The notes below the pieces were generated by a model. That model saw nothing but the letters and a program-made list of their open reading frames with translations. It was not told the origin of the DNA and did no database searches. A DNA stretch of 60,907 nt, the filler included, from Dirinaria sp. TL-2023a (taxonomy: Eukaryota): assembly GCA_051941275.1 (NCBI GenBank). It is 5 parts of 5 records of this genome, joined end to end, with 100 filler letters (N's around TTAATTAATTAA, not from the genome) between each part and the next. Parts side by side here need not be neighbours in the genome. Positions count along the whole stretch, not along the records: positions 36,687 to 48,764 come from JAVEBF010000793.1; positions 48,865 to 60,907 come from JAVEBF010000794.1; 3 more parts are not named here. One strand, 5' to 3'. Made by a program: the position numbers and the translations under genes. Position 1 is the first letter of the stretch. Each line of letters opens with the position of its first letter. Shown in pieces: positions 38,597-50,357 of this stretch.

Positions 38597-38976
38597 AAGT
38601 CGCAGTCTTCCGCACCTACGATACTCAAGGGGACCTGGGACGAGCAGTTCAAAAACTCGCCGCTGCCGATGAGCCTCCTTACTTGGTTGTTGCGCAAGCG
38701 CCATCACGTTCATATTATCTATGATTGATCATCGGCTCAATGAAGCTAAATGACTGCTTATTCAGCGAATCAGCTGAACAGAAATGTAGTGGAACATCGT
38801 CTTGCGGCATGTTCATGTCATGAAGTACAATCCGCTGACGTTCTTGACAATTCCAGCATCTGAAGGATGTAGTGGCGCTTGCGCAACAATCAAGTGAGGT
38901 TTATCGGCAGCGGCAAGCTTTTAGACTGCTCGTCCCAGATCCCCTTGAGTATCGTAGGTGCGGAAGACTGCGACTT
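38597..38976. mobile_element. 380-bp element with about 105-bp imperfect terminal inverted repeats (MITE/foldback-like)
   Basis: 38597-38703 is the reverse complement of 38873-38976; outer 37 bp perfect, inner part differs by transitions and one 3-nt indel; no clear target-site duplication. Confidence 0.65.
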
Positions 38977-39600
38977 CAAATTTCCACCGGAGTTCCTTAA
39001 GCCGCTTCGCTGACGGTAGGAGCGAATTAACAATCTGCTTGTCAATGGACAACTCTACAGTTCTGACAACTTTTTCAGCAATGCATTGGAGGATGTCGCA
39101 AGAATCAGGTTCACTGTGTGGAGTATTCAAGAACATGACGTCGATGGTTGAATTAAAAATTTCTCAAGAATGGATTTGACGCTGACGAAGATTGTCTGAT
39201 CTCCGTAACATTTCGTTCGCTATGATGCCTCCGATGCTGTGCACAATTGAAAATATCTGTAAGACTCAGAAAACTCATAACCACTAACAAAATGCCAAGA
39301 ATGGTTTGACGAAAGCGATTAGACTATAGCTTAGTCAGCAGAGCTCGAGTATTCACTGCCCCCACAAAAGTTCGTCCTTAGTTTTAGCAACCAGAGCACA
39401 CATACACATACTTAGACCTCCAATTCACACTCAAATCTGACAATATCGATCTCGATGGTTCCGCACGACGCTCAGCCTCTAAATGAATCCTGAAATTTGA
39501 TGCAATGTCGTAAACAGTGTTATCTGCTCTATGATGTCCCAGCTTCTGTCTTATGTGCGTATCGTAGCCATATGTCAACACTCGCGCATTAAGAACGCCG
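38977..39600 (-). pseudogene. Decayed alpha/beta-hydrolase (SesB/DUF676-like) domain of the type N-terminal to fungal NACHT/NLR proteins
   Basis: ARVLTYGYDTHIRQKLG..TVYDIA..LEAERRAEPSRS[insertion]IFSIVHSIGGII..EMLRRS..(stop/frameshift)..MFLNTPH..IVNSLLPSAKRLKELR. Confidence 0.78.
39258..39442. mobile_element. Solo LTR (185 bp) with 5-bp target-site duplication ATATC
   Basis: TG...CA ends with inverted termini tgtaaga/tctgaca; ATATC at 39253-39257 and 39443-39447; excision restores the hydrolase frame. Confidence 0.85.
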
Positions 39601-39779
39601 AGCGAAATCAGATCTAGAGGACAGTACGTAAAAGCATGTGAATTTGTCCATCACGATTTGGAGAATAAGTTGGTTTTTTATATCTTCGAAGAGGTTTCGG
39701 TGGCTTCGTCATACGGCTTCGCCATCATAATTAATGAGCTGCCTCAAGTCTCTCTTATGATGATTCCAAGTCCTTTCAG

Positions 39780-40415
39780 GATAGCCTGTCTATTCCAATA
39801 AGTTGCTACGAACCCATTTTGCTTCGAATCGACTGACAGAAAAAAATCAGTCCGCGATTGCTCAGGTCGAACTTTTACTTGAGATAGAGCTTGACGGTGC
39901 TCCAGAGCAACGCTAGACCAGTACTTAAATGAAGATTTGGAGAAATAGTGAGTGAATATTCAGTTGCACTAACCAGGCTGAATTTCGATTGTTTTGGTAA
40001 TCGTCAGCGACGACTTCACGCCGCTACGCAAGATAAGTCATTCTGCGATTGCACACTCGGCGAAATTGTCAGCCTCGACGACGTTGCTCAATATCATCCG
40101 ATGAGCAACGATAACCACGCGATCCAAGATCTCCATGATATTTTGCATTCATACTACAGAGTAGCCCGCAAAAGATTGATCGACTGCATCCGCATCCAGG
40201 CAGCTGACTATCTTGTGATTACAGAACCACATACACCGCTAAAATCTTTTTCGCCAGCATTCATGGAGGAGATGACTCCTGCACAGTTGGGGGAAGTATC
40301 TGAAGGGAACCTGACATAGTATATCAATTACTTGATCCTGCAGAAAATAGTAAGATGTAGTGCCAAGTCAGAGCGCATCTCAATCCAAGTAATGACGATA
40401 TCGAAAAATTGATCA
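39780..40415 (+). pseudogene. Decayed C-terminal (stalk/GED) part of a fungal dynamin/Mx-like GTPase
   Basis: AIAQVELLLEIELDG..DQYLNEDLEK*, then MSNDNHAIQDLHDILHSYYRVARKRLIDCIRIQAADYLVI..PLKSFSP; stops and frameshifts; no GTPase domain. Confidence 0.72.
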
Positions 40416-40569
40416 GAGCGACTTGCGACGTGCCGTCTTTACACAACCTCATGGAATGCCGCTTGCGCCAGTGCAACCATGTGCGATCGCGACTATGACG
40501 ATGTCTTAAAGCTACGATAGCATCCGAGGAGCCACTACGATGACTCTCTTCATCGCTTAGAGGACGAGA

Positions 40570-41140
40570 ATGAGGCCTCAAAGTTGGTCGTGCTTCGCGA
40601 TAGTCCTGTCCTTGTCTTCCAACATTCTCGCCCTTGGACCGCTGCAACTCCCGTCGTCCTCCTCGAGCAGCTTTACCTTGACGCAACCGTTCAACGCTTC
40701 ATCTCTGACCTTGCCTCTCAATTTCACTAGTCTCAAGTTAGTACAACTTCCTTATGTTGAGGATTGCTAACGAACTAACCTTCTCCAGCGCCGCGCCCCT
40801 CGCCTTCCAAGTTGGCAACTCCCCCCTCATGCTCCTCTTCAACTCCTACCTCACACAACGCAGCAACGCCAACGACGTGCAGACCGTGCTCCGCGAATCC
40901 CTCACTGAAGCGTCCCAGCACCAACAAGGCGAACCCTTGCAAAACAGAGTCTACAGGTGGATTCACCACGTCGATCTTTATATTCGACCAGCGCCGCAGG
41001 TGGGAGGGCCTTTGCTGACGTGGAGCATGATGGTCATTGCGCGGAATAGGATCAGGCAATTTGAGGAGAAGTATCGGCAGGGGCCGATTGGGGTGAGAAC
41101 GAATTTTGAGATTCTATGGAAGACGGGGGGTCTGAGATAA
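40570..41140 (+). CDS. Small secreted hypothetical protein (2 exons)
   Basis: Signal-peptide-like MRPQSWSCFAIVLSLSSNILA; intron GTTAGT..CTAAC..CAG (about 40736-40788) joins ORFs 40570 and 40754; LTW motif; the stop may be premature. Confidence 0.65.
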
Positions 41141-42089
41141 ATAATTAATGAACGATGAAAAAGGAATATTTGTCGAAAGTTTGAGAGGATATGATGATGG
41201 TGGCATAGCTGCTTTGACGATCAGCACGATGAAAGGACAGAGGGAGCATAGGGACAGTGGGCGATGCTTTCCGATTTTACCTTCCTATTTTGTACAGATG
41301 ATCATGATTCTACTTCCTTCTCTTCTTCTTTCTTCCCCTTCAGCTCCGCTCTGATTCTCTGCCTAGCCATCATCAATGCCCTCTCTAACAGATTCATCCC
41401 CCACTCCCAGCATCATTTTGGTGGGAACGGTTTCCGCATAAGATACGATATTTGTGACGAGCCGCGATTATGCAAGTCATTTTTATGCGCTTATTCCGCC
41501 TATTCTACAGCTCAAGACTCATCTTCTTCGACGCCGCCGCTATTAGAGGGTCTCGCAAATAGTTCAATAGGTTCAACCCCGACCTCCGAGTCAAAACTCA
41601 AATATTCCAACTTCGAATTCCGGTCAGAGAGCACGCCGCAATTCTCAGACCCTACAGAGTACATCGCCCAATCTTCACGGTATTGCTGCATTTCGTTTTT
41701 CTCGCAACTGTGGCTCATAATATTTACCCCAACACCCAAATTGGCAAGATCAGTATTCGCAGTTAGCCTCCGCTCACATAGACATCCGCCACAATCTATG
41801 AATGTAATGATAAAATCTGTCTGCCGGCGTCAAAAAGGCTTCTTTCTCTCCGAGTTTCACGCCGCGGTAGGCCCTTCTCCTCCTCCTTCATCCCAATGGC
41901 AGTCAGATACACCTCCAAAACAGAAGATACAACAAGAAAAAACTTCCAGCGCCGTTCGTGTAAACCCTCAAGCTATGTGAACTCTTGCAAGAGCATGAGT
42001 AATGAACCTCCGCAACGACTTCAGAAACTAGTACGCCCTCGTATTCATATTAGACTTCCGTCTTATCAGCGGTTCTGATCAGGAAGAAC

Positions 42090-42457
42090 TCTTTAACCGA
42101 GGGTTTGGCATCATGGCGCTAATGAACTGAGGCACACTGGCTATATTGAACATGAGGGCGTTTGACATGATCCCCTCCATTGGTGGTGAAGAGGGAGAAG
42201 AGGAGGGCTGCTGCAAGATCACGGAGATTCAAGGTTCGGTCGGAGCGACGCATTGGAAACGGGGATATACGGCACTCGTAGTAAATGTGGCGGGGATAAG
42301 GGGTGAATATCTAATGATGAATGTTGCGCTGGAAGAGGGTTTGATTCAGGTGGGGAAGATCGAGGAGATTTTGAGGAGGGTCAAGGTAAGATCGAGAATG
42401 TTGAGTGAACTCAAGGAGGAGCAAGAGAAAACATTTGTTGATAAGAATCGTGGTTGA
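42090..42457 (+). pseudogene. Possible remnant of an alcohol-acetyltransferase-like C-terminus
   Basis: ALVVNVAGIRGEYLMMNVALEEGLI resembles the C-terminal strands of that family; upstream stops; weak resemblance. Confidence 0.3.
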
Positions 42458-43065
42458 GGAGATTCTATAGCTAGCACATATTCCAAGTGAGGTAAAGCGT
42501 ATGCAACGACAGATCCGATTGAGTAAAATACATAACGGGTGAATGGGTAGCAATGCGGAGTCTTTTCATACAGATTGAACGAGGTTCTCCAAGTCGAGAA
42601 CGTATGGATTTAGTTTTAGCTGTTTCGATTTTTCTACAAATCTCGCGAACGTTCATTGTGATTCAATAATGATCTTAACCATTTTGATTAACTTAGTCAA
42701 TGACATTTTAGAAGTGGTTCGATTGACATCTGTGTTCTTGCGACAATTGATGCGTTTTGACGATGTGACTCACAAATCTTGATACGTGATGGAACGCTCA
42801 TGATGTATCTACATAATTGTCAACACGCTGCAATGTCTTTTGTCTCTCTCATCAGCGTTGCAAGACCAGCATTCTTCGACAGCTGCATCGAACATATTTC
42901 ATCGAGCGAGCGCTAGATCTAATCGAGACATAGATCTCCACACTGTATAAGATTGTCATGTAAATATCAAGAAACCTCCTCTGGAAGCAATAATAGTAAG
43001 ACGATAGGCGAGTCCAATTAAGTCACCAAGTTCAATACTCAATTCACTTCGTTGCGCTATGTACA

Positions 43066-46000
43066 CTAATTGATTTCCAGGGTTGATCTGAGCGACTCCA
43101 AACACTCCCCCACACTTCTCTCCCAGTTGTTCTTGTCACAGATCCACTCAGCACCCAATTTCAATCCTCGTACTGCTCTCTCAGCCTGCTCATGACTTAA
43201 TTGACAATCGTCGTACCTCATCCAGACACTCGCCTTCGTCTCCCCCTCAAGTCTACATCTCCATACGACCGAGCGATCGGAAAGACCATCCCCATGCACC
43301 GCTTTTAATTTTCCGACGTCGCGCTCACCTTTCGTGCTTCCACTGGGTTTCCACTCGGGTAGCCAATTGAAGCATTGACCGGCCAACGCTTCGTCGAAGG
43401 CGGCGCTGTCGGAGGCAGAGAGTAACTTCTTGATCTGGTTAAGTGGCGCTTGGGAATGCTGCGTCAGGAGCGATTGATCGTCCTCGATAGTTTGGAGTAG
43501 TTCTAGGATCGTACTCCTTGGATTGGGAGTGATGAGGTTGATTACAGCAGCCCATGTCGGGCCGGCGATGAAGAGGGGATCTGGAAGTCGTTGGGCGAGG
43601 ACTTGGGATAAAGATGATTAGCGCATATATCTTTCAGCCATCGAGGGTAATAGTCAAATAAAGCAGTTCTGCCGTACATCTCATTGAGAGACTGATGGCA
43701 ATACAAGCAATCCATGCACGATGTGTCTGCTAGGGGGATCAAGAGAGAGAGGATTAGGCTTACAATCTTCGACAAACGGCCATTGTCGGGCGGCTTGATA
43801 GGCGGAGAACAAAGCGGTTTCTTGCCCTGTTATCGCTAGATTGAATAGTACACACGCTGACTTTAGAACCATCGCAGCCGAGATCCCATGTTGCGTTTTG
43901 AGCGCTCGAATGTCCGGCAGATTGATCGAGGCTGAGGCACCTCGTATACCGAGACTTCGGTTGGCGTTCAGAGCTTTACGATCCTCCGCTCGGCCCACAC
44001 TTCCATCTTGGTACGTCCAATCGGCGTCATCGCCGATGAAACTTCCGGGCGCTCTTCGTGGAGGCCAGCAGCAGGCTTTCAACTGAGACAGTCCCCGGAG
44101 TCGAGAGGCGTGATAGGCAGCCGAACTTTGTGAGAGGAGGCTCGTGGAATGGTTGTAATACATGTCAGCGAACACTTTGAAGGGCACATTTGGGTTCGGC
44201 ATTGCTTGCCGATCTAGTAATAGGTTGTTGACGTCCTCAATCCACGCAGGGAGCGACACAGCATCGAACAAACTGTGTTGAATCATCGTTACCAACCCAA
44301 GTTCTTGCGTCTCTCGCACTCTTACAACGGCTGCTCGAAAAAGTGGACCCGGGGAACGAACAGAACGTGGTGGAGGAAATTGCAACTTTTGAAGTTCTCG
44401 GACACTATTTACTTCCATCATCGGGCTGAGCAAAAGTGCGCACCATCGTTCGCTGGCTCTTATAGCGAGGAACAACTGGGTTTCTTCGTCATATATCATG
44501 TGTATAGACCTGAACATCGGCCATGCGGATAACGATTTGGATATGGCATGGTAGAGGAGTGTTGGATCCGTGGATTTATGTAAGAAGGAGAAGCGCCATG
44601 TCCAAGAATGCAGTCGTCTCGTTTGAAGCTGGTGCTGAGTGAAGTCGGGGATGGGCAAAACGTCTTCAACGTCGACATCCCATTTGAGACCGAACTGGCG
44701 GAGCAAGGGTTCCGCCATCTCTTTTGTCCGCTGAGCACGATTGCTGTCGCCATGGGCATGGGCCATATCAGTAATATTTGGCGGTCCTGTTCGAGATACA
44801 AATTGTAATGTTCCCATGTCCTGGGATCCTTGGTGTGTCGAATGCCCGTCGAGGTAACGAGCCTGGTCTTGTATACTCCTGTGGTTCTGTAGCTCGAGCA
44901 AGCTGAAGTTCTGTTTGAACCTCTTTCTTACCGAGCTTTGGAACTGTAACGTTATCAAGCTATCAGCTTCTTCGAGCACATCGCGGGTTTGCGATAACTT
45001 CTCTGATGGAATGCTCAGCAGTTGTGACCAAATGTCGACTAGGCTCAACTCGAGAGAAGGTTTATCATGCTCTATTTCAATTGGTCGGTCGTGCTGTATC
45101 ACGTAATCCTGGACGATGCGTCTGAGAGTATTCTTTTTGATTTTTCCAGCAGCGTTGCTGGGAAATTCGATAAGGCCCAAATCGTCAAGAGTGAAAATCT
45201 TTGTTGGTGTGGAAGGGCTACCCAATTCTCGAGTCACATGACTTCGCAGCGCGGAGACGGAAGGCTGGGATCCAAAATCCATCTGGATTATTGCGATGGG
45301 AACTTCACCTGCTATCTCGTCAGGTACGCCAACAACTTGAACTTCCTAAAGCATCATTAATCGCCATTCGTGAACCTACAGAGCCTCATATCACTCAAAT
45401 GCGATAGAAAAATCCAAAGCAAAACCATGAAACAGAAATGAAGCACGGATGGGGAGCAAGGAAACACTCACTCGTATGGCGGCAATCTTGCCTAGACACA
45501 GCTCCACTGCAGCTGGTGATATGTTTTCTCCTCCCCTAATTATCAGATCTTTATACCTTCCCAAGATAAATGCATTTCCCGATGCATCTATCATGGCTCG
45601 ATCTCCCGTGACCAGCCAATTACAACCATGGTCATCGATGTAGAATTCCTCACTTTGCATGCCCAAGTATCCGCTAATAACCCTCGACCCGCCAATATGC
45701 AGCTCTCCAACCTCCCCGCGACAAAGTGTTTGCCTTGTGCCCGGCCTACATATCTTCGCTCTAGACATTGAAGTGATACGACCTACACTAGCGTAGCCTT
45801 CATAGAGCGCTGGTTGCTCGCCCCTGATGGGGTAGAATATAGGACTTCCCTCGGTCATTCCGTAACCTCCAGTGGCTCGTTCAGCGCCTAAGCCAGACGA
45901 ATCGGTGCAGCCTTTGATAATCTTGGGAGACACAACGGTTCCACCAGTGGCAACTCTCGTGAGAGAAGAAAGATCGTATTGGGCCAAGGAAGGGTAGTCC

Positions 46001-46923
46001 AGTAGCGCTTGCAAAGCTGTTGGTACTGCGAGCATCAAGGTAATCCTTTCGCTTTCTATGGCACCTAAAATGAGTTGAGGATCCTGTCTGTTAAGAGGAA
46101 TGACTACTTTGCCCCCTGTTCTCCATATTTGGATCAGAGGCCACAAACCCAGGATGTGGAAGCTTGGTGAAACAAGTAGATAATTGGATTTGTTACTTAA
46201 CGAAGTCGACTTCGTGGCTTGCCATAGGGTCCTCGTCGTATGCGCACATCCCTTTGGCAAGCTCGTTGTACCACTGGTAAAAATCACAACCTCGAGATCC
46301 TCGTTCCTATCATCCTGAGCTTCAAATTCTTGCGAGCCAAGTGACTCTTCTTCTTCGGCCTGAATGATTTTGATAATCGAATGCCAGTCAAATTTTGTTT
46401 CACGGACTTCGTCTTGGGCAATAATTAAAGCTTTGATGCCTTTCACCTGCTCAGCACATTGTTGCTCGACCGCGTCAGCTGCGGCTGTATTGGCAACGAA
46501 GACCGCAGAAGGTTGCGAAATTGCGAGATAATGTTTCAATTCCTGCGACCTGTTTATGCTTCGTGGGTCAAGAGGCACGAGGCATGCTCTCAATAGCGCA
46601 GCTGCCCATAGAGTTACTGTGAACTCGGCACCGCTCTCCAGGAATGTGAGAATTCTGTCGCCGCGCCTGATACTTTTTCCGCTGAACCAGACAGCAAGTT
46701 TCTGTGCGTCTTTGCAGAGCTCCTTGTATGTCCAGCGCAGGGCCAGTCGCTCGCTGTCCCTCTTTCCCCCAAAGCAATTTGGTGCTGCATTTGGGTTCTG
46801 ATAGAGGCAGACTAAAGCGTCAAGATCGCCGTTCTCCCTTACGGCTTCAGAGAATGAAGTCTTGAGACTTTGAGCAGGGCTTTGAGAGTCCCGACCTTGC
46901 ACATAAGCGGGGTCGTCTCCCAT
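43066..46923 (-). CDS. Monomodular NRPS-like enzyme: acyl-CoA-ligase-type A domain, T domain, C domain (3 exons)
   Basis: IFTSGTTSLPKG, YGMTEG, TGDRA, GRYKDLIIRGGENISP, NAAGKIKK; carrier ADSLIT; condensation QHSLFDAVS; introns about 45346-45471 and 43601-43763; start uncertain (46923 or an upstream exon at 47084). Confidence 0.88.
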
Positions 46924-48046
46924 CGTTGGCCCCAAAATTGTCCCTGAAAACACATTCCAAGCAAGGTTGGGCCAGAATTCTCGGTTGAATCTGTGCGACT
47001 GTTCGAATCGCTCGAAATATAAGGCGTGCTCGACGAAAAAGCTCCGCTTTCCACTTCTTTTGTATTATCCAAATACGATGACATAGGACATGTCGACTAT
47101 AATGTTAAGGGATTGCCTGCACTCGGACAGGCTCGGCTCTGTTGAGCTATCATGACGATGATATCATTGAACGTAACGACTCTTCACCGCACATTTTGGT
47201 CTGCTGTGTTACAGATTGGGAGCCCATGCTTGTGGAAAAGCGTTGCCATACAGAAGCTCTATAGACTTCGTTAAGTTTTGCTGAATGTCCACTGCGAACA
47301 TAGTAGATCATTATCGCCATTGACAATTGATCCTTGATCCTGGACGTGGGAGGATCTCTGTGCGGATATTCGGACATCTCCGGCGCAATGCACTTATTAA
47401 GTTTATGTACATGTAGTGTAGCCGTTCTCTGTGCGCCGCTAGTTGGAGGCTCGAGCCGCAAGCTTCGTATCGGACACCATTAGAATTGACATCTTGATAG
47501 GAGCTGAAAGAAGACAATAAACTGTGCTAGCGCTAGGCTTGCTGAAGTCTAATGCTGATGTTTTGGATGGTCAACATCAGACATACGAAATGTTGAAGGG
47601 TTCATGTGATCTGCCCAGAGATGTTTGAGTTTTGCACAACCTAGTCTTATTAGGCTTAGCGTCGGCCATTGTCGCTCACGAATAAATTTCTCTGCGTCAA
47701 GCGTGTCTCACCTTTATCTTCCTTAGGAATTGACATAGAGTCAACTCAGTACTAGGTGTTGTCTTACTGCTTGATCTACTGCTTCAACAACGCCGCTACC
47801 GTCGTATTCGTGGTGAGTTTGATCAATGTTCGATCTGTCTGCTCTGGAAGCAGGCGTTAACATGTTTTGTGGAGCTTGTGGACTCCTCCACCGCAAACAA
47901 TAGTACAGTGGCTTCATCTGAATCCGTTCTGAGACTCGATTACAAAAAGTCGATAATGTTACTTTCAGCCATCATTGACGAATGCACTCTTTTAAATTGA
48001 AGAACAGCATTGACCGTTAAAGAAACACCACCGCTAGATTCAAGTC

Positions 48047-48764
48047 TTAAAGATCGCACCATCCCTCGTGAATAAATCTTAGATCATTGTCTTCCTCCAA
48101 CTTCAGATATGCTGTCATGTTGGACTCTGGGTCCTGCTCTCTCTTCGTCCACTCGTTCCCAAAGTACGCGAACCGATTTCCACTTTTAGCGTTATACTCA
48201 TACTTCCAGTCCTCCCATCTCGGTTCTCTCCGCACGAGCGTGCAATGTGCAGCGCTACCGGGCCATAACCCATGAACACGACCGCCGGGACGTCCACCAT
48301 TGGCCCATGAGCTGCAGTTGTCGGTTAACACGGTGGTAGCGAAGAAGGCGTCGGAGTAAGCCAGGAAGTCGTTCGCGGCTTCCGGCAGAGGTTCCATACT
48401 TTTGATGTGCTGAGACAACGCTTTGCGAAGAAGCTTGGCATAGTAGGTGGTCTGGATTTCGACTCCATGGGGAAGGGTACCTGAAGCACCATTGAGATGG
48501 GCGGTTCCGATGAACAGCAGATTGGGAAAGCCGGGCGTTGCGAGGCCCAAGTAAGTGTAGGGGAAGCCAAACTTCCCCGAAGTCTTCCAGGCCTCTTGAA
48601 GGTCGAGACCGCGGCAAAGTATAGGGAAAGGGGGAACCAAGTCTGTGTTCGCACCAGTGGCGCAGAATACTGCGTCAACTTCTCGGACTTTGCCATCGAC
48701 CGTTTCCAGGCCACGAGCAGTGAACCTTTTAATGGGTGTTTGGATGTAATCTACGTTTTCGGCG
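48047..48764 (-). CDS. Flavin-containing (Baeyer-Villiger-type) monooxygenase, C-terminal part; 5' lost at the contig end
   Basis: ENVDYIQTPIKRFTARG..VDAVFCATG, YLGLATPGFPNL, CSSWANGG..LWPGS, EPRWEDW, NRFAYFGN. Confidence 0.88.
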
Positions 48765-48864
48765 NNNNNNNNNNNNNNNNNNNNNNNNNNNNNNNNNNNN
48801 NNNNNNNNTTAATTAATTAANNNNNNNNNNNNNNNNNNNNNNNNNNNNNNNNNNNNNNNNNNNN
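48765..48864. other. Artificial contig spacer
   Basis: N44-TTAATTAATTAA-N44. Confidence 0.98.
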
Positions 48865-49090
48865 CATTTGCCTGCCTATTATACAAACTTCAAGAGCCAA
48901 GACTGCAGCAGTGACGAATGAGATTTCCGCTGATCATGACTCCAAAGTACGAGGAAATGATTAATGAGTCAATTGAGGCTATAGTTCTTGTTTGTTCTAC
49001 AATCACAAGCAACCGCAGGCATTTTACCAGTCATAAGTAAAAGGTTCACACTTCTCAATCGATTCGCATGCTTTGTCGCGAATATCCCCC

Positions 49091-49946
49091 TCATCGAATA
49101 TTCGGGTTCCCTGGCCGATTCTCTGGATCTTGATTGTGGCTCTTCCGCGTTCTCATGTACTCGTAGATCCTTTTCTCTCCTTCCCACAGCTGTTTAATGA
49201 AATCACTGCTATTCAGTTAGCTAGAAATTTCCATATATATGTGGAGAAGCCAACTCACGGCGTTGCTTGCAAGTACGCGCACCCTTCAATCCCGCTCAGT
49301 ATCTTCAGTAGCGCTTCGGCAACCGGCCGCACCGTAGGTTGGATTAAGATCCCATGGCAGGTCCTAGGCTTGGATCCCTTTGCAACAGGCAGATCCGCAT
49401 ACCGTCGTATAAAACGTGTCGGATACTGCCTCGGCGCATCTGGAATCGACTCCAGCCCCGATCGGGGGTTGTATGGGATGAGCTAATGGTGAAGACATCC
49501 GCGGCTGGATCGAAGCATAGTACAAGGCCTGGCGTGTCCGTGGCGTGGATGGCGCGGTTGTTGGGTCGAGCAAGATAAGCAAGTGGAAAGTAACCGGTAG
49601 GCGCCGAAGAAGATCTCGGGTTAGGAGCTATGCTCCCAGAGGATTTCAACATGATAGATTTCTGCTGCGGAGCCTTGTCTTCAGGCTCTTCAGACTCGAT
49701 TTCGGCGTCGATCAGATTTTTGACTGTTTGAACATCAAAGTCGTGGTTCTTAAGAGCTTGCCTTAAGTTGACAAGACATGCCAAAGCTTCAGCTCGACTC
49801 TTTTTGTTCTCAGTTCCGACATCCCCAAGCCCTCTTATCTTGCCCTGAATGACTTTCGTGAGTTTTTTAGCCTCGTCGTCTGCCAAATAGGAAAGCACCG
49901 AGAGGAGACCCGTAATCTCGGTGGCTTCAGCTTGTATAGTTGACAT
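49091..49946 (-). CDS. Orphan hypothetical protein, tandem paralog A (one intron, apparent frameshift near 49378)
   Basis: 200-aa ORF continues in a shifted frame (GILIQPTVRPVAEALLKIL) to a GTGAGT..CTAAC..TAG intron and last exon DFIKQLWEGEKRIYE; aligns with the neighbouring gene. Confidence 0.6.
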
Positions 49947-50357
49947 TTTCGGGGGAGTATTTAGTATTATAAAGTTCCAGTGGTGTAGTCGATGGCTGCT
50001 GGAAAGTGCATGGAGTTTAGGAAAGAAGTAGGAAAACTTACCAAGAGGCTCGAGAGCTTTTATAGAGGGGCTTCCGAGGCGCAGTCAGAGCAGCATCCAT
50101 GGATGCGTCATGGAGTGACTCAAATGTAAATTCACACGGCTTCTATCCATTGATGTGATTGGGGCACTTGCAATAAATGACGTGGTATTTTAGCATGAGT
50201 CAAGAGCTCATTGGAAAAAATCGGTTATGCCACAGCTGTGTATGATCTCTTGAGCACGACTCAGAAGCAGAGCAGAGGACTACTTAGGAGTAAGGCACGT
50301 TCAAAGCAGAAGTGCTGGGCATCTTCAATCCAGATCCATAGGCTGGTGGGCCACACC

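Noticed and set aside
38372..38713. 113-aa minus-strand ORF
   Set aside because: Runs through the inverted-repeat arm; no protein features
41264..41980. 238-aa plus-strand ORF
   Set aside because: Ser/Phe-rich composition typical of an antisense reading; no recognisable domain on either strand
5949..46923. One large cluster containing both NRPS-like genes
   Set aside because: They lie on different, artificially joined contigs
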